Shown here piece by piece: positions 55,289 to 64,000 of a stretch of DNA of 64,000 bases. The stretch comes from Dehalococcoidales bacterium (GTDB taxonomy: Bacteria; Chloroflexota; Dehalococcoidia; Dehalococcoidales; RBG-16-60-22). The notes below the pieces were generated by a model. It was not told the origin of the DNA and made no database searches. It was given only the letters and a program-made list of their open reading frames with translations. Numbering within the stretch: the stretch's first letter is position 1; every line of letters starts with the position of its first letter. A program made the position numbers and the translations under genes. Where the stretch lies: positions 2,310 to 66,309 of the forward strand of contig DAOUCO010000116.1 of the NCBI GenBank assembly GCA_034432135.1, in the 5' to 3' direction.

Positions 55289-56061
55289 TCTATTTTAAGA
55301 GTAATCCCTATCGGGCAGTGGTCAGAACCCATGACTTCCGGTTGTATAAAAGCGTTAGTAACTGCGGGAAGCAGGTTCTTACTCACGAAAAAGTAGTCGA
55401 TTCTCCAGCCTACATTTCTGGCCCTCGCCCCGGTCTTTAAGTCCCAGTAGGTGTACTGCTCTGGCTCTTTATGAAAATGCCGGAATGTATCCACATACCC
55501 ATGGGAAACGAATTTATCCATCCATGCCCGCTCTTCCGGCAGGAAACCGGTATTTTTAACATTTTCCTTGGGCCGCGCTAGATCGATTTCTTTATGGGCG
55601 GTGTTCAAGTCACCGGCAATGATGAGTTTTCGGCCGGCGTTCACCAGTGAATCGGCGTAATTTAGGAAGACGTCATAAAAATCGAGTTTATATGGTACCC
55701 GCTTGTTACCCGCTCCGCCGTTGGGGAAATAAATATTAAACAGCATGAAGACCGGATATTCGGCGATGATGACCCTCCCCTCGAGGTCTAGGTTGACCTT
55801 GCCGAAGTCGTACTTTACATCCCGCGGTTTTTCACGGGTATATACCGCCACTCCCGCATAACCTTTTTTCTCTGGATAATTCCAGTAAACGTTGTAACCC
55901 TCAACTTTCTTAAGGTCGGCGTCCAGCTGGTCGGGCTGGGCTTTAGTTTCTTGCAGACATAGGATATCAGGCGATTCTTTGCGGAACCATTCCAGGAATC
56001 CTTTATTTTTTATCGCCCGTATGCCGTTAACGTTCCAGCAAAGCAGTTTCTTTTCTGACAT
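55285..56061 (-). CDS. xth: Exodeoxyribonuclease III
   Basis: WNVNGIRA, LQETK and SDHCP motifs. Confidence 0.9.
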   Translation of the reverse strand: MSEKKLLCWNVNGIRAIKNKGFLEWFRKESPDILCLQETKAQPDQLDADLKKVEGYNVYWNYPEKKGYAGVAVYTREKPRDVKYDFGKVNLDLEGRVIIAEYPVFMLFNIYFPNGGAGNKRVPYKLDFYDVFLNYADSLVNAGRKLIIAGDLNTAHKEIDLARPKENVKNTGFLPEERAWMDKFVSHGYVDTFRHFHKEPEQYTYWDLKTGARARNVGWRIDYFFVSKNLLPAVTNAFIQPEVMGSDHCPIGITLKID

Positions 56062-56142
56062 TGCTTTATCTCCGTTTGCTATTAAACGTATTTATTTATT
56101 ATACTTTTATATGTAAGAAAATACCATATTAAGGCGAAAATT

Positions 56143-58641
56143 TTGGAGAAAGTCTTTACTAATCTCACTAACGGCGGTCCCGTGCAGGTGTACGTCAATA
56201 ACGGGAAAATCATTCGCGTCCGCCCCCTAATTTTCAATGATAGCGATGCCGCTTCTTGGACTATTACCGCTGGGAGAAAGGAATTCTCACCACTGCGCAA
56301 GGCGTGTGTCGCTCCTTTTACGGTAGTTGAAAAAGCACGCATCTACTCCGATTTACGTCTGAAATACCCCCTTATCAGAGAGGATTTCGACCCCAGAGGA
56401 AAGCGTAATCCGCAAAACCGCGGCAAATCCGGCTACCGGCGCATTAGTTGGGACAAAGCTCTAAATATTGTCGCTGGAGAGATGCAGAGAATCAGGTCTG
56501 CTTATGGCCCCGAAGCTATTATGTCCCGCGCCTCTTCCCATCATAACTGGGGGAATATCGGCTACCGTACCTCGGCCTGGGCGCGCTTTTTTAATCTCAT
56601 CGGTTTTACGGATATTCTAGACAATCCTGATAGCTGGGAAGGCTGGCATTGGGGAGCCACTCATACCTTCGGTTTTTACTGGAGACTCGGTATGCCGGAG
56701 CAGTATGACCTCGTTGAAGACGCTTTAAAAAACACTGACCTCATTATTCACTGGGGTAACGACCCGGACACCACGCGCGGTATCTACGGCGGCCAGGAAT
56801 CGGTTCTCTGGCGCTACTGGCTGCGCGACCTCGGTAAAAAGCAGATTTTTATCGACCCATTTTGCAACTATACCGCCACTATATTAGGCGATAAATGGAT
56901 TACGCCCCGCCCCGGCACGGATGCCGCCCTGGCTGAAGCCATCGCCCATGTCTGGTTGACCGAAGGGACTTATGATAAAGATTATGTTGCCACACATACC
57001 GTAGGCTTTAATGAATTTAAGCAGCACATTCTAGGAGATAATTGCACGCCGGAGTGGGCAGCGGCGATCTGCGATGTTCCCGTGTATATTATTAAAAGTC
57101 TGGCGCGTGAATGGGCAGCCTCCCGGACGATGCTGGCGGCCGGTTCACGCGGTGGCGAATCAGGCGCCTGCCGTCAGGCTTATGGCACCGAGTGGGCGCG
57201 TTTAATGGTCCTACTCCAGGCTATGCAGGGACTGGGCAAGCCGGGCGTAAATATCTGGGGTACCACCATGGGGGCGCCTTTTAACGCCGATTTTCAATTC
57301 CCAGGCTACGCCACTTTCGGGTTCACTTTTCTTAACCGGTTCGCAAAAAAGCAGGCGGTCAATCCGGTCAAGCAGCGTATCTACCGTCTGCTTCTTCCGG
57401 AGGCTATTTTAAGTCCCCCCATAAAATGGCTGGGTGAGACCTTTTGCGGGCAGTCGCTTGAGCAGCAGTTCATCCCCTTTACCTACCCCATCCCCGGCTG
57501 CTCCGAAGTGAAAATGTACTACCGTTACGGAGGTTCTTACCTCGGCACGATGACGGCGACCAACCGCTACATAAAAATGTACCAGAGCCCCAAACTGGAG
57601 TTCATTGTTAACCAGGACTGCTGGTGGTGCACCGAGACCGGCCTCGCGGATATTATCCTCCCTGCCTGCACCAATTTTGAGCGCCCCGATATCGGCGAAT
57701 GGGCAAATACCGGCGGCTATACTCATCATGGCTCCAACGCCTGCAACCACCGCGTTATCGTCTATCAGCATAAGTGTATCGAGCCGTTATTTGAATCTAA
57801 ATCTGATTATCAAATTTTTACCGAACTGGCTGCCCGACTCGGTATTAAAGATGACTTTACCGAAGGCAATACGGAAGAGGACTGGATAGAAAAGGTCTTT
57901 AATGTTTCCGACCTGCCAAAATATATATCTTTCACCGACTTTAAGAAAAAGGGCTATTTCATCGTACCCATACCGAAGAATTATAAACCTGCTCCCGCCC
58001 TGCGGTGGTTTTACGAAGGTCGCGATTGTGATACACCCGACCACTTTAACCCGAAACTCAATACTCCTCGCTCGAAAGAGCTGGGCACCTACAGCGGCAA
58101 AATTGAGTTTGTTTCCCAGAGCTTGAAGAAGCATTTCCCGGATGATAAGGAAAGGCCGCCTTTACCCCGCTACATCCCCTCATGGGAAGGGTATGATTCT
58201 AAACTCATAAAAAAGTATCCCCTCCAACTTATCACGCCCCACCCCAGGTACTCTTTCCATACACACCACGATGCCAATTCTAGCTGGCTCGCTGAGATTC
58301 CGGGCCACCGCGTCTTTAAGGACGGCTATTACTGGCGTCCGGTGCGCCTGAATCCTGTTGATGCTACTGCTCGCGGTATTAAAAGTGGGGATATCGTTAA
58401 GCTTTATAACGACCGCGGCGCGGTGCTCTGTATCGCTGACGTGACCGAAAGAGTACGGCGCGGCGTGGCACACGCTAACTACGGCTCCGCCAGGTACGAC
58501 CCTCTTGAACCCGGCAATCCTGATAGTATCGATAGGGGTGGGTGTGTGGCTATATTGACTCCTTCCCGCATGCTTTCGAAGAACGCCCCCGGCATGGCCC
58601 CCAACTCCTGCCTGGTGGAAATTGAAAAATGGAAAAGCTAA
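56143..58641 (+). CDS. Molybdopterin oxidoreductase, DMSO-reductase family, lacking an N-terminal Fe-S Cys motif (pyrogallol-transhydroxylase-alpha-like)
   Basis: 832 aa with a TTG start. The N-terminus LTNGGPVQVYVNNGKIIRVRPL has no CxxCxxxC or Tat motif. The molybdopterin and MGD-binding domain layout is present. Confidence 0.7.
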   Translation: MEKVFTNLTNGGPVQVYVNNGKIIRVRPLIFNDSDAASWTITAGRKEFSPLRKACVAPFTVVEKARIYSDLRLKYPLIREDFDPRGKRNPQNRGKSGYRRISWDKALNIVAGEMQRIRSAYGPEAIMSRASSHHNWGNIGYRTSAWARFFNLIGFTDILDNPDSWEGWHWGATHTFGFYWRLGMPEQYDLVEDALKNTDLIIHWGNDPDTTRGIYGGQESVLWRYWLRDLGKKQIFIDPFCNYTATILGDKWITPRPGTDAALAEAIAHVWLTEGTYDKDYVATHTVGFNEFKQHILGDNCTPEWAAAICDVPVYIIKSLAREWAASRTMLAAGSRGGESGACRQAYGTEWARLMVLLQAMQGLGKPGVNIWGTTMGAPFNADFQFPGYATFGFTFLNRFAKKQAVNPVKQRIYRLLLPEAILSPPIKWLGETFCGQSLEQQFIPFTYPIPGCSEVKMYYRYGGSYLGTMTATNRYIKMYQSPKLEFIVNQDCWWCTETGLADIILPACTNFERPDIGEWANTGGYTHHGSNACNHRVIVYQHKCIEPLFESKSDYQIFTELAARLGIKDDFTEGNTEEDWIEKVFNVSDLPKYISFTDFKKKGYFIVPIPKNYKPAPALRWFYEGRDCDTPDHFNPKLNTPRSKELGTYSGKIEFVSQSLKKHFPDDKERPPLPRYIPSWEGYDSKLIKKYPLQLITPHPRYSFHTHHDANSSWLAEIPGHRVFKDGYYWRPVRLNPVDATARGIKSGDIVKLYNDRGAVLCIADVTERVRRGVAHANYGSARYDPLEPGNPDSIDRGGCVAILTPSRMLSKNAPGMAPNSCLVEIEKWKS

Positions 58642-58677
58642 TGAATCTAATGCATTAGCGAAAGGACCGGTGAGACT

Positions 58678-59217
58678 ATGAAGGACTTAATGGAAATTAT
58701 CAAGGCTCGTAAAAGCATCCGCGTTTATCAGGCTAAACCCCTCCCGAAAAAAGTCGTTGAAGATATTCTGGAAGCTGCTAAATACGCTCCAACTGCCCGT
58801 AATCTCCAGGAATTAGAGTATAAGGTAATCACCAATAAAACGTTGATTAACAAACTCAACGAAGGCCTCGGAGCTGTCCTAAAAAAAGAAGGTTTTCCAC
58901 TTAAAGGTCCGCCCGGCGCCAAGCCCGATTTTTTCTATGGAGCTCCACTCGTCATTATTATCACCGCGCCAAAAGACAATATGTGGGCTCCGGCAGATGC
59001 AGGTCTGGCAGTGCAGAATATATTGCTTTATGCCACTTCAATTGGCCTGGGTGCGTGCTTTATCGGCATGGCGAAGCTTATCGAGCGGGATAAGAACTTA
59101 CTGACAATGATTCATATCGCTGATAATATGGCTATCGTGGCAGCGGTCATCTGCGGTTATCCGGCGGAAAATCCTCCACCCCGCGAGAAAAAGCTTACCG
59201 TAGAATTCTTTGAATAA
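58678..59217 (+). CDS. Nitroreductase family protein
   Basis: IKARKSIRVYQ and YAPTARNLQ motifs, 179 aa. Confidence 0.8.
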   Translation: MKDLMEIIKARKSIRVYQAKPLPKKVVEDILEAAKYAPTARNLQELEYKVITNKTLINKLNEGLGAVLKKEGFPLKGPPGAKPDFFYGAPLVIIITAPKDNMWAPADAGLAVQNILLYATSIGLGACFIGMAKLIERDKNLLTMIHIADNMAIVAAVICGYPAENPPPREKKLTVEFFE

Positions 59218-59226
59218 TCACCTACT

Positions 59227-59351
59227 GTCATTCTGAGGGAGTCCCGATTTTATCAGGACGACCGTGAGAATCTCTATGATATTCTTTATTGAATAATAGG
59301 GATTGCTACGCGGAGTTTCATCCTTAGCGAAGCGTGAGGACTCGTATTGAC
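59227..59351. repeat. Two further members of the GTCATT...AATC hairpin-repeat family
   Basis: Copy 59227-59274, forward: GTCATTCTGAGGGAGTCCCGATTTTATCAGGACGACCGTGAGAATCTC. Copy 59300-59351, reverse orientation, reads GTCAATACGAG...GTAGCAATCC on the minus strand. Confidence 0.65.
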
Positions 59352-59379
59352 GCAAAGTAAAGCAAAAATGTAGAAAAAA

Positions 59380-59454
59380 TGGAGCGGAAGACGAGATTCG
59401 AACTCGCGACCTCCTCCTTGGCAAGGAGGCATTCTACCACTGAACTACTTCCGC
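59380..59454 (-). tRNA. tRNA-Gly (anticodon GCC)
   Basis: The reverse complement is GCGGAAGTAGTTCAGTGGTAGAATGCCTCCTTGCCAAGGAGGAGGTCGCGAGTTCGAATCTCGTCTTCCGCTCCA. Confidence 0.92.
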
Positions 59455-59466
59455 CCGCCTTTTGCC

Positions 59467-59542
<76 letters not shown>

Positions 59543-59657
59543 AAACAGCTATATTTTACTGGAGATTAGAAGCACAGTCAAGGAATACTTATAAAAAGAC
59601 TTAACTTCACTTATCTTTATTTGACATCCCCTTTCCGCTATGTAAAGATATATCGTA

Positions 59658-60893
59658 ATGTCACAGCAGCTTGATAAAGAATCCTACCACCGCAAAATCT
59701 GGGGCTTGCACCATAATGTTTTTTTCCTTGGTTTGGTTAGCTTTCTTACAGATATATCCTCGGAGATGATTTTCACCCTTATCCCTCTCTTCGTCACCAA
59801 CGTACTCAAGGGCACCGCCATGCAGGTCGGCTTTATCGGTGGCATCTCGGAAAGCTTTGACGCTATCTTCCGTATTTTCTCCGGGCGTATCAGCGACCGT
59901 TTTCAAAAGCGCAAACCGCTGGCTGTTTTCGGCTATGGCTTTTCCACTATCGTCAAGCCTTTCATGCTTTTAGTTACCAGCTGGGGAGGCGCGCTGGGCA
60001 TCCGCTTCGGCGACCGCATCGGCAAAGGCGTGAGGAGCTCCCCGCGCGATGCCCTGATTGCCGACTCCGTTGGTGCCGATAAGCGGGGCAAAGCTTTTGG
60101 TATCCACCGCGCCATGGACACGTCCGGCGCCGTCCTGGGACTGGTTATCGCCGCCATAATCATTTACGCCTTGCAGGGTAGTACCATCAACCTGGCTGAC
60201 AATACCTACCGCTGGATAGTCATTATCGGCGTGGTTCCGGCTGCCCTGGCGGTCATTATCTTGCTGGCTTTCGTCCACGAAAAAGGGCTGCCTTCCCGCG
60301 CCGTTGTGCCCACTGCTGGTACGCTGCCGACGGCGACAAAGCAGGCTTTCAGCAGCCGGTTCAAGCTCTTCCTGCTTATCATGGGCATATGCACCCTCGG
60401 CAACTCCTCCGACTTTTTTATCGTCCTGCGTGCACAGGACCTGAATGTTAACGTTCTTGAAATTACTTTGATGCTTGTACTTTTTAACGTGACTTATGCC
60501 GCTGTGGCTGCGCCCGCGGGCATTCTCTCCGACAGGCTGGGCAGGAGGAAGGTTATTGCTATCGGCTGGACGGTCTATGCGCTAGTCTATCTTGGCTTCG
60601 CCGTATCTGGGTCAGTCTGGCATATGTGGGTACTTTTTGCCGCCTACGGCATCTACTACGGCGTCGCCGAAGGGGTCGCTAAAGCCTTTGTCGCCGACCT
60701 TGTTCCCGCGGAAAGGCGTGGCACAGCTTACGGTTACTATCAGGGTGTGGTCGGGATAATGCTCCTTCCCGCCAGCATTTTAGCCGGCTGGCTCTGGGAT
60801 ACTGTCAGCCCCGCTACACCATTTTATCTTGGCGCCGGCCTCGCTTTCTTAGCTATGCTCGGCCTTCTTTTCCTCCTCAAAGAAAAGAAGTAG
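59658..60893 (+). CDS. MFS transporter
   Basis: 411 aa with about 12 TM segments and an MFS loop motif (GRISDRFQKRKP). Confidence 0.8.
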   Translation: MSQQLDKESYHRKIWGLHHNVFFLGLVSFLTDISSEMIFTLIPLFVTNVLKGTAMQVGFIGGISESFDAIFRIFSGRISDRFQKRKPLAVFGYGFSTIVKPFMLLVTSWGGALGIRFGDRIGKGVRSSPRDALIADSVGADKRGKAFGIHRAMDTSGAVLGLVIAAIIIYALQGSTINLADNTYRWIVIIGVVPAALAVIILLAFVHEKGLPSRAVVPTAGTLPTATKQAFSSRFKLFLLIMGICTLGNSSDFFIVLRAQDLNVNVLEITLMLVLFNVTYAAVAAPAGILSDRLGRRKVIAIGWTVYALVYLGFAVSGSVWHMWVLFAAYGIYYGVAEGVAKAFVADLVPAERRGTAYGYYQGVVGIMLLPASILAGWLWDTVSPATPFYLGAGLAFLAMLGLLFLLKEKK

Positions 60894-60894
60894 T

Positions 60895-60933
60895 GTCCTC
60901 GCGTGCCCTTCTGCAGAAGGACTTGGTAATCTC
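60895..60933. repeat. Hairpin-repeat family member (variant)
   Basis: GTCCTCGCGTGCCCTTCTGCAGAAGGACTTGGTAATCTC has the internal perfect palindrome CCTTCTGCAGAAGG. It starts 2 nt after the MFS stop. Confidence 0.5.
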
Positions 60934-61000
60934 CATCTTTACTTAAATATATATATCAGACTATCAGCATCTATTTCGGATTTGGGGAGAGATTAAGTAA

Positions 61001-61024
61001 GAGGGGCTGCCAGCCCCCTCTTTT
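61001..61024 (+). terminator. Rho-independent terminator after the MFS gene
   Basis: GAGGGGCtgccaGCCCCCTC hairpin followed by TTTT. Confidence 0.6.
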
Positions 61025-61032
61025 AATAAGCA

Positions 61033-61084
61033 CCCTCTCCAACCAATTGATAAATGCTTTAACCAATGATGTGGTTGGAGAGGG
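61033..61084. repeat. 13-bp perfect inverted repeat with 26-nt spacer
   Basis: CCCTCTCCAACCA (61033-61045) pairs with TGGTTGGAGAGGG (61072-61084). The spacer contains AACCAAT twice. Confidence 0.7.
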
Positions 61085-61126
61085 CAGGGTGAGGTGTCAA
61101 ACTATTCATATCTCGGTTGCCACTTC

Positions 61127-61178
61127 ACATAACTCTAAAAACGACTCGCCGAAGCTATTTAGCTTCGAGTCGTTTCCC
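61127..61178. repeat. 52-nt element, copy 2 of 2 (first copy at 470-521)
   Basis: acataactctaaaaacgactcgccgaagctatttagcttcgagtcgtttccc. The two differences from copy 1 both fall inside the hairpin. Confidence 0.85.
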
Positions 61179-61189
61179 TAAAATTAAAA

Positions 61190-61219
61190 TTGACCGTAAC
61201 TACAGCTTTGAGCTATAAT
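61190..61219 (+). promoter_or_regulatory. Putative purF promoter
   Basis: TTGACC (61190-61195), 18-nt spacer, TATAAT (61214-61219). GAGG lies 6 nt before the TTG start at 61266. Confidence 0.5.
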
Positions 61220-61265
61220 TAAAGATGGAACCAGTCAAGACCATCCAAAAAGGTAGAGGTTCATT

Positions 61266-62696
61266 TTGCACGAGTCTTGCGGCATATTCGGTATCTATTC
61301 CCCCAAAGAGGATGTAGCCCGCCTTACCTTTTTCGGTATTTTTGCTCTCCAGCACCGCGGCCAGGAAAGCGCTGGCATTGCTACCGCCGACGGTAAAAAG
61401 ATTAAAGTCTATACTGGCATGGGGCGTGTTTCCAGTGTCTTTACCGAAGAATCCCTGAAAACCATCTCCGGCGGTTACATCGCTATCGGGCATAACCGTT
61501 ATTCAACCACCGGATCCAATCGTACGGCTAACGCTCAACCAATACTGGTCGGCAACGACAGCGTAACCATAGCCATTGCTCATAATGGCAACATCGTCAA
61601 CGCCGCCTATCTTTACCAGGAACTGGTCGAGCAGGGATATGCCTTCCGCGGTTCTACTGACAGCGAAGTAATAGCTAACCTGATATTATCTTCTCCCGCC
61701 GGAACGATGCTGGAAAAAATCAGGTATGCTATGCGTCGGCTACAGGGGGCATATTCGCTCGTTATATTAACACCGCAGGAATTATATGTGGTACGCGACC
61801 CTTTAGGTGTGCGGCCGCTTTGCCTGGGCAGCGTGGATAGCGGCTGGGCGGTTGCTTCAGAGTCCTGCGCTCTCGACCATATCGGTGCGGAGTTTATTCG
61901 AGAGATTGCGCCTGGCGAAATAGTTTTAATAAACGAAAACGGTGTCCAGAGCTACCCGGGAGATTCTGGCAAGCGCGCGACATGCATCTTTGAATATATT
62001 TATTTTGCCCGACCCGATAGCGTGATAAACGGCCGGTTATTGTATCCTGCTCGTCAAGCAATGGGCGCGGGACTGGCGCGCGAATACCCAGTCGATGCCG
62101 ATATAGTTATGGGGATACCTGATTCAGCTACCGCAGCCGGTACGGGATACGCCCGCGAGTCCGGTATTCCTGTTGTTGAGGGACTGATAAAGAACCGCTA
62201 TGTCGGGCGTACTTTTATTGAACCAGACCAGCGCATGAGAGACCTCGGCGTAAAACTAAAGTTTAATCCGCTGCCCCAGGTACTGGATGGAGAAAAAGTC
62301 GTGGTGGTTGACGATAGCATCGTGCGCGGCACGACGACTCCCAGCGTGGTGAATCTGTTGCGTAAAGCAGGAGCTAAAGAGGTCCACATGCGCATCTGTG
62401 CGCCTCCCATAAAATACCCCTGCTTTTTTGGGGTGGATATGGCGACGAGAGCGGAGTTAATTGCTGCCCAGAAAAGCGTTCCGGAAATATGTAAGTTCAT
62501 CGGTGCCGATACATTAGGATATTTAAGCATCGAAGGTTTGATAAAAGCTGTGGCATTACCTAAAGAAATTTTCTGTCTGGCTTGTTTTACCGGCGATTAT
62601 CCCATACCGGTGCAAATAGAGATGGACAAGCTGGCGCTGGAAAACATACCCAATAAACAACCGGTCGATGTCTGCGACGCCGTTGATGAACCATGA
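61266..62696 (+). CDS. purF: Amidophosphoribosyltransferase
   Basis: N-terminal nucleophile (M)HESCGIFGIY, LQHRGQESAGIA, the PRPP motif VVVVDDSIVRGTT, and the C-terminal Cys motif CLACFTGDYP. Confidence 0.9.
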   Translation: MHESCGIFGIYSPKEDVARLTFFGIFALQHRGQESAGIATADGKKIKVYTGMGRVSSVFTEESLKTISGGYIAIGHNRYSTTGSNRTANAQPILVGNDSVTIAIAHNGNIVNAAYLYQELVEQGYAFRGSTDSEVIANLILSSPAGTMLEKIRYAMRRLQGAYSLVILTPQELYVVRDPLGVRPLCLGSVDSGWAVASESCALDHIGAEFIREIAPGEIVLINENGVQSYPGDSGKRATCIFEYIYFARPDSVINGRLLYPARQAMGAGLAREYPVDADIVMGIPDSATAAGTGYARESGIPVVEGLIKNRYVGRTFIEPDQRMRDLGVKLKFNPLPQVLDGEKVVVVDDSIVRGTTTPSVVNLLRKAGAKEVHMRICAPPIKYPCFFGVDMATRAELIAAQKSVPEICKFIGADTLGYLSIEGLIKAVALPKEIFCLACFTGDYPIPVQIEMDKLALENIPNKQPVDVCDAVDEP

Positions 62697-62953
62697 CACG
62701 AACCTTTAAAAACTTCCTGAATATCAGTTAATAATTTATCCCCCTTTATGAACTCAATACACCTATCAAACAGGTGAGAAAATAAGCAATTAAATCAACC
62801 GTGTTCGAGAGGAGTATTGGTTTGGGCATTATGGTCGCCTTAATTATGATAACCAGGAAAAAAGTGGTATCATTAGGCGGGACGAACCATATCCGGTTGT
62901 TATCCTTAAGAAAATGCTTGACTTTTAATCCTTCATGGTAGAAAGACTTTGGA

Positions 62954-64000
62954 ATGCCTGGATTTTTTAGTTTAAGCATTGATATAAAAAAATATCAAGA
63001 CGATTTTCTGGATGACCTATTCGGGCAGACATTCTATCAACAGCATTTAGGCGAAGATTATGCCGGATTGGCAACATGTAATGAAGGGAAAATCAATATT
63101 CGCACCCACCGAGGGCTATTTAGGCCAACCTTTAGCAATGACATGGCGGGACTCGAAGGAACTCTGGGGATTGGTTATTGCGGTGATAATAGAGAGCCGA
63201 TTTTGGTAGATTCTAATTTAGGTGATTTTGCTATTTGTTTTTGCGGCAATATTATTAACCGAAATGAGTTAATTACAGAACTGAAGACCCGTGGACACTC
63301 TTTTGCTTGGGGCGGAGTAGATATTGAGATAATTGCCAAGTTAATAGCTCAGGGGGAAGGATGGGTTGATGGTATTAAAAAGATGAATAACGAAATCGAG
63401 GGAGCATATTCCGTGGCAATACTTACTACCGATGGGATATATATAGCCTCTGATCCCAGTGGTCGCTGGCCTCTTGTTATCGGAGAAAAGAAGGGGGCAG
63501 TGGCAGCCGCGACCGACCCATGCGGTTTTACTAATGGAGGATTTAGCTATAAGCGGGACGTAGAGCCTGGTGAAATCACATTGCTGAAAAATGACGACGC
63601 GGAAGTCGTAAGTAAAATGCCAAGTAATAAAACCCAAATTTGTACGTTCGTCTGGGTTTATACCAATTTCCCCAACTCAATATTTAAAAACGTCCCCGTT
63701 TCAGCCGTGAGAAAAAGACTGGGAGCTATTTTAGCTAGAAGGGATATTAAGCGAGGGTTCATTCCAGATATTGTTGCTCCTGTTCCTGATTCCGGCAGAT
63801 TTTGTGCCATAGGATATCATCAAGAGTTCTGCCGACAGGTGAACGAGAAAAAAATAGATAGAATTCCTGAATACGACGAAATATTAGTGAAATATCCTTA
63901 CTCTGGTAGAAGTTATCCCCGGTCGAGTCAAGCAAAAAGAGACCTGGAAGCTCATATCAAACAGTTGAGAAGCGGTGAGAGTTATTCCGGTAAGAAAGTA
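62954..64000 (+). CDS. PurF-like class-II amidotransferase/PRTase paralog lacking the N-terminal Cys (partial, runs off the window)
   Basis: This open frame of 349 codons is not in the supplied track because it has no stop in the window. It starts MPGFFSLSID.... It has diverged Ntn motifs (QQHLGEDYAGLA, FCGNIINRNEL) but retains the PRTase-side motif DIVAPVPDSGRF. Confidence 0.7.
   Translation, partial: MPGFFSLSIDIKKYQDDFLDDLFGQTFYQQHLGEDYAGLATCNEGKINIRTHRGLFRPTFSNDMAGLEGTLGIGYCGDNREPILVDSNLGDFAICFCGNIINRNELITELKTRGHSFAWGGVDIEIIAKLIAQGEGWVDGIKKMNNEIEGAYSVAILTTDGIYIASDPSGRWPLVIGEKKGAVAAATDPCGFTNGGFSYKRDVEPGEITLLKNDDAEVVSKMPSNKTQICTFVWVYTNFPNSIFKNVPVSAVRKRLGAILARRDIKRGFIPDIVAPVPDSGRFCAIGYHQEFCRQVNEKKIDRIPEYDEILVKYPYSGRSYPRSSQAKRDLEAHIKQLRSGESYSGKKV

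Noticed and set aside
61200-61493. Minus-strand 97-aa ORF overlapping the purF start
   Set aside because: It is antisense to the strongly supported purF N-terminus and promoter region, and has no motifs.
62746-62979. Minus-strand 77-aa hydrophobic ORF between purF and the purF-like gene
   Set aside because: It overlaps the start of the better-supported plus-strand paralog, has no SD, and is AT-rich low-complexity sequence.

Overview
This 64-kb prokaryotic window has a conserved backbone and a roughly 30-kb mosaic accessory region. By gene content it comes from an anaerobe, possibly Chloroflexota/Dehalococcoidia-like, but that is an unverified guess. All calls rest on motif recall and manual reading, with no database search.

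Backbone, 0.5-16.3 kb and 46.9-64 kb:
- a 1415-aa BadF/BcrA-type activase fusion, rnc and acyP
- a Moco maturation set (mobA, moeA, mobB)
- pepA, degV, and a padR pair
- uvrC, xth, mntP, a DMSO-reductase-family Mo enzyme, and purF plus a divergent purF-like paralog
- four tRNAs: Gln-CTG, Leu-TAG, Gly-GCC and Phe-GAA

Accessory region, starting at tRNA-Leu (16.3 kb):
- a large serine recombinase whose ORF runs into the tRNA
- an AT-rich-spacered catabolic island at 19.7-36.2 kb. It holds a peptide-type ABC importer, marR, FAD/FeS enzymes, and an SDR-cyclase-cupin-CoA-transferase-SDR operon that resembles the anaerobic phloroglucinol pathway.
- a tail-to-tail junction of two truncated genes at about 36.18 kb
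- an RHH gene plus an SNF2-helicase remnant
- a promoter-equipped four-gene operon at 37.2-42.5 kb. It encodes a 943-aa excisionase-HTH/PRTase-like protein, a 347-aa unknown, an OMP decarboxylase, and an atypical OPRTase. This is the best candidate for an undescribed nucleotide-centred, defence-like system.
- a decaying ars cluster (arsR, arsP-like permease, thioredoxin-like gene, acr3) that contains an ORF interrupted by TGA-GAG-TGA

Intergenic regions carry a hairpin-repeat family (GTCATT...AATC) and a 52-nt element present in two copies.
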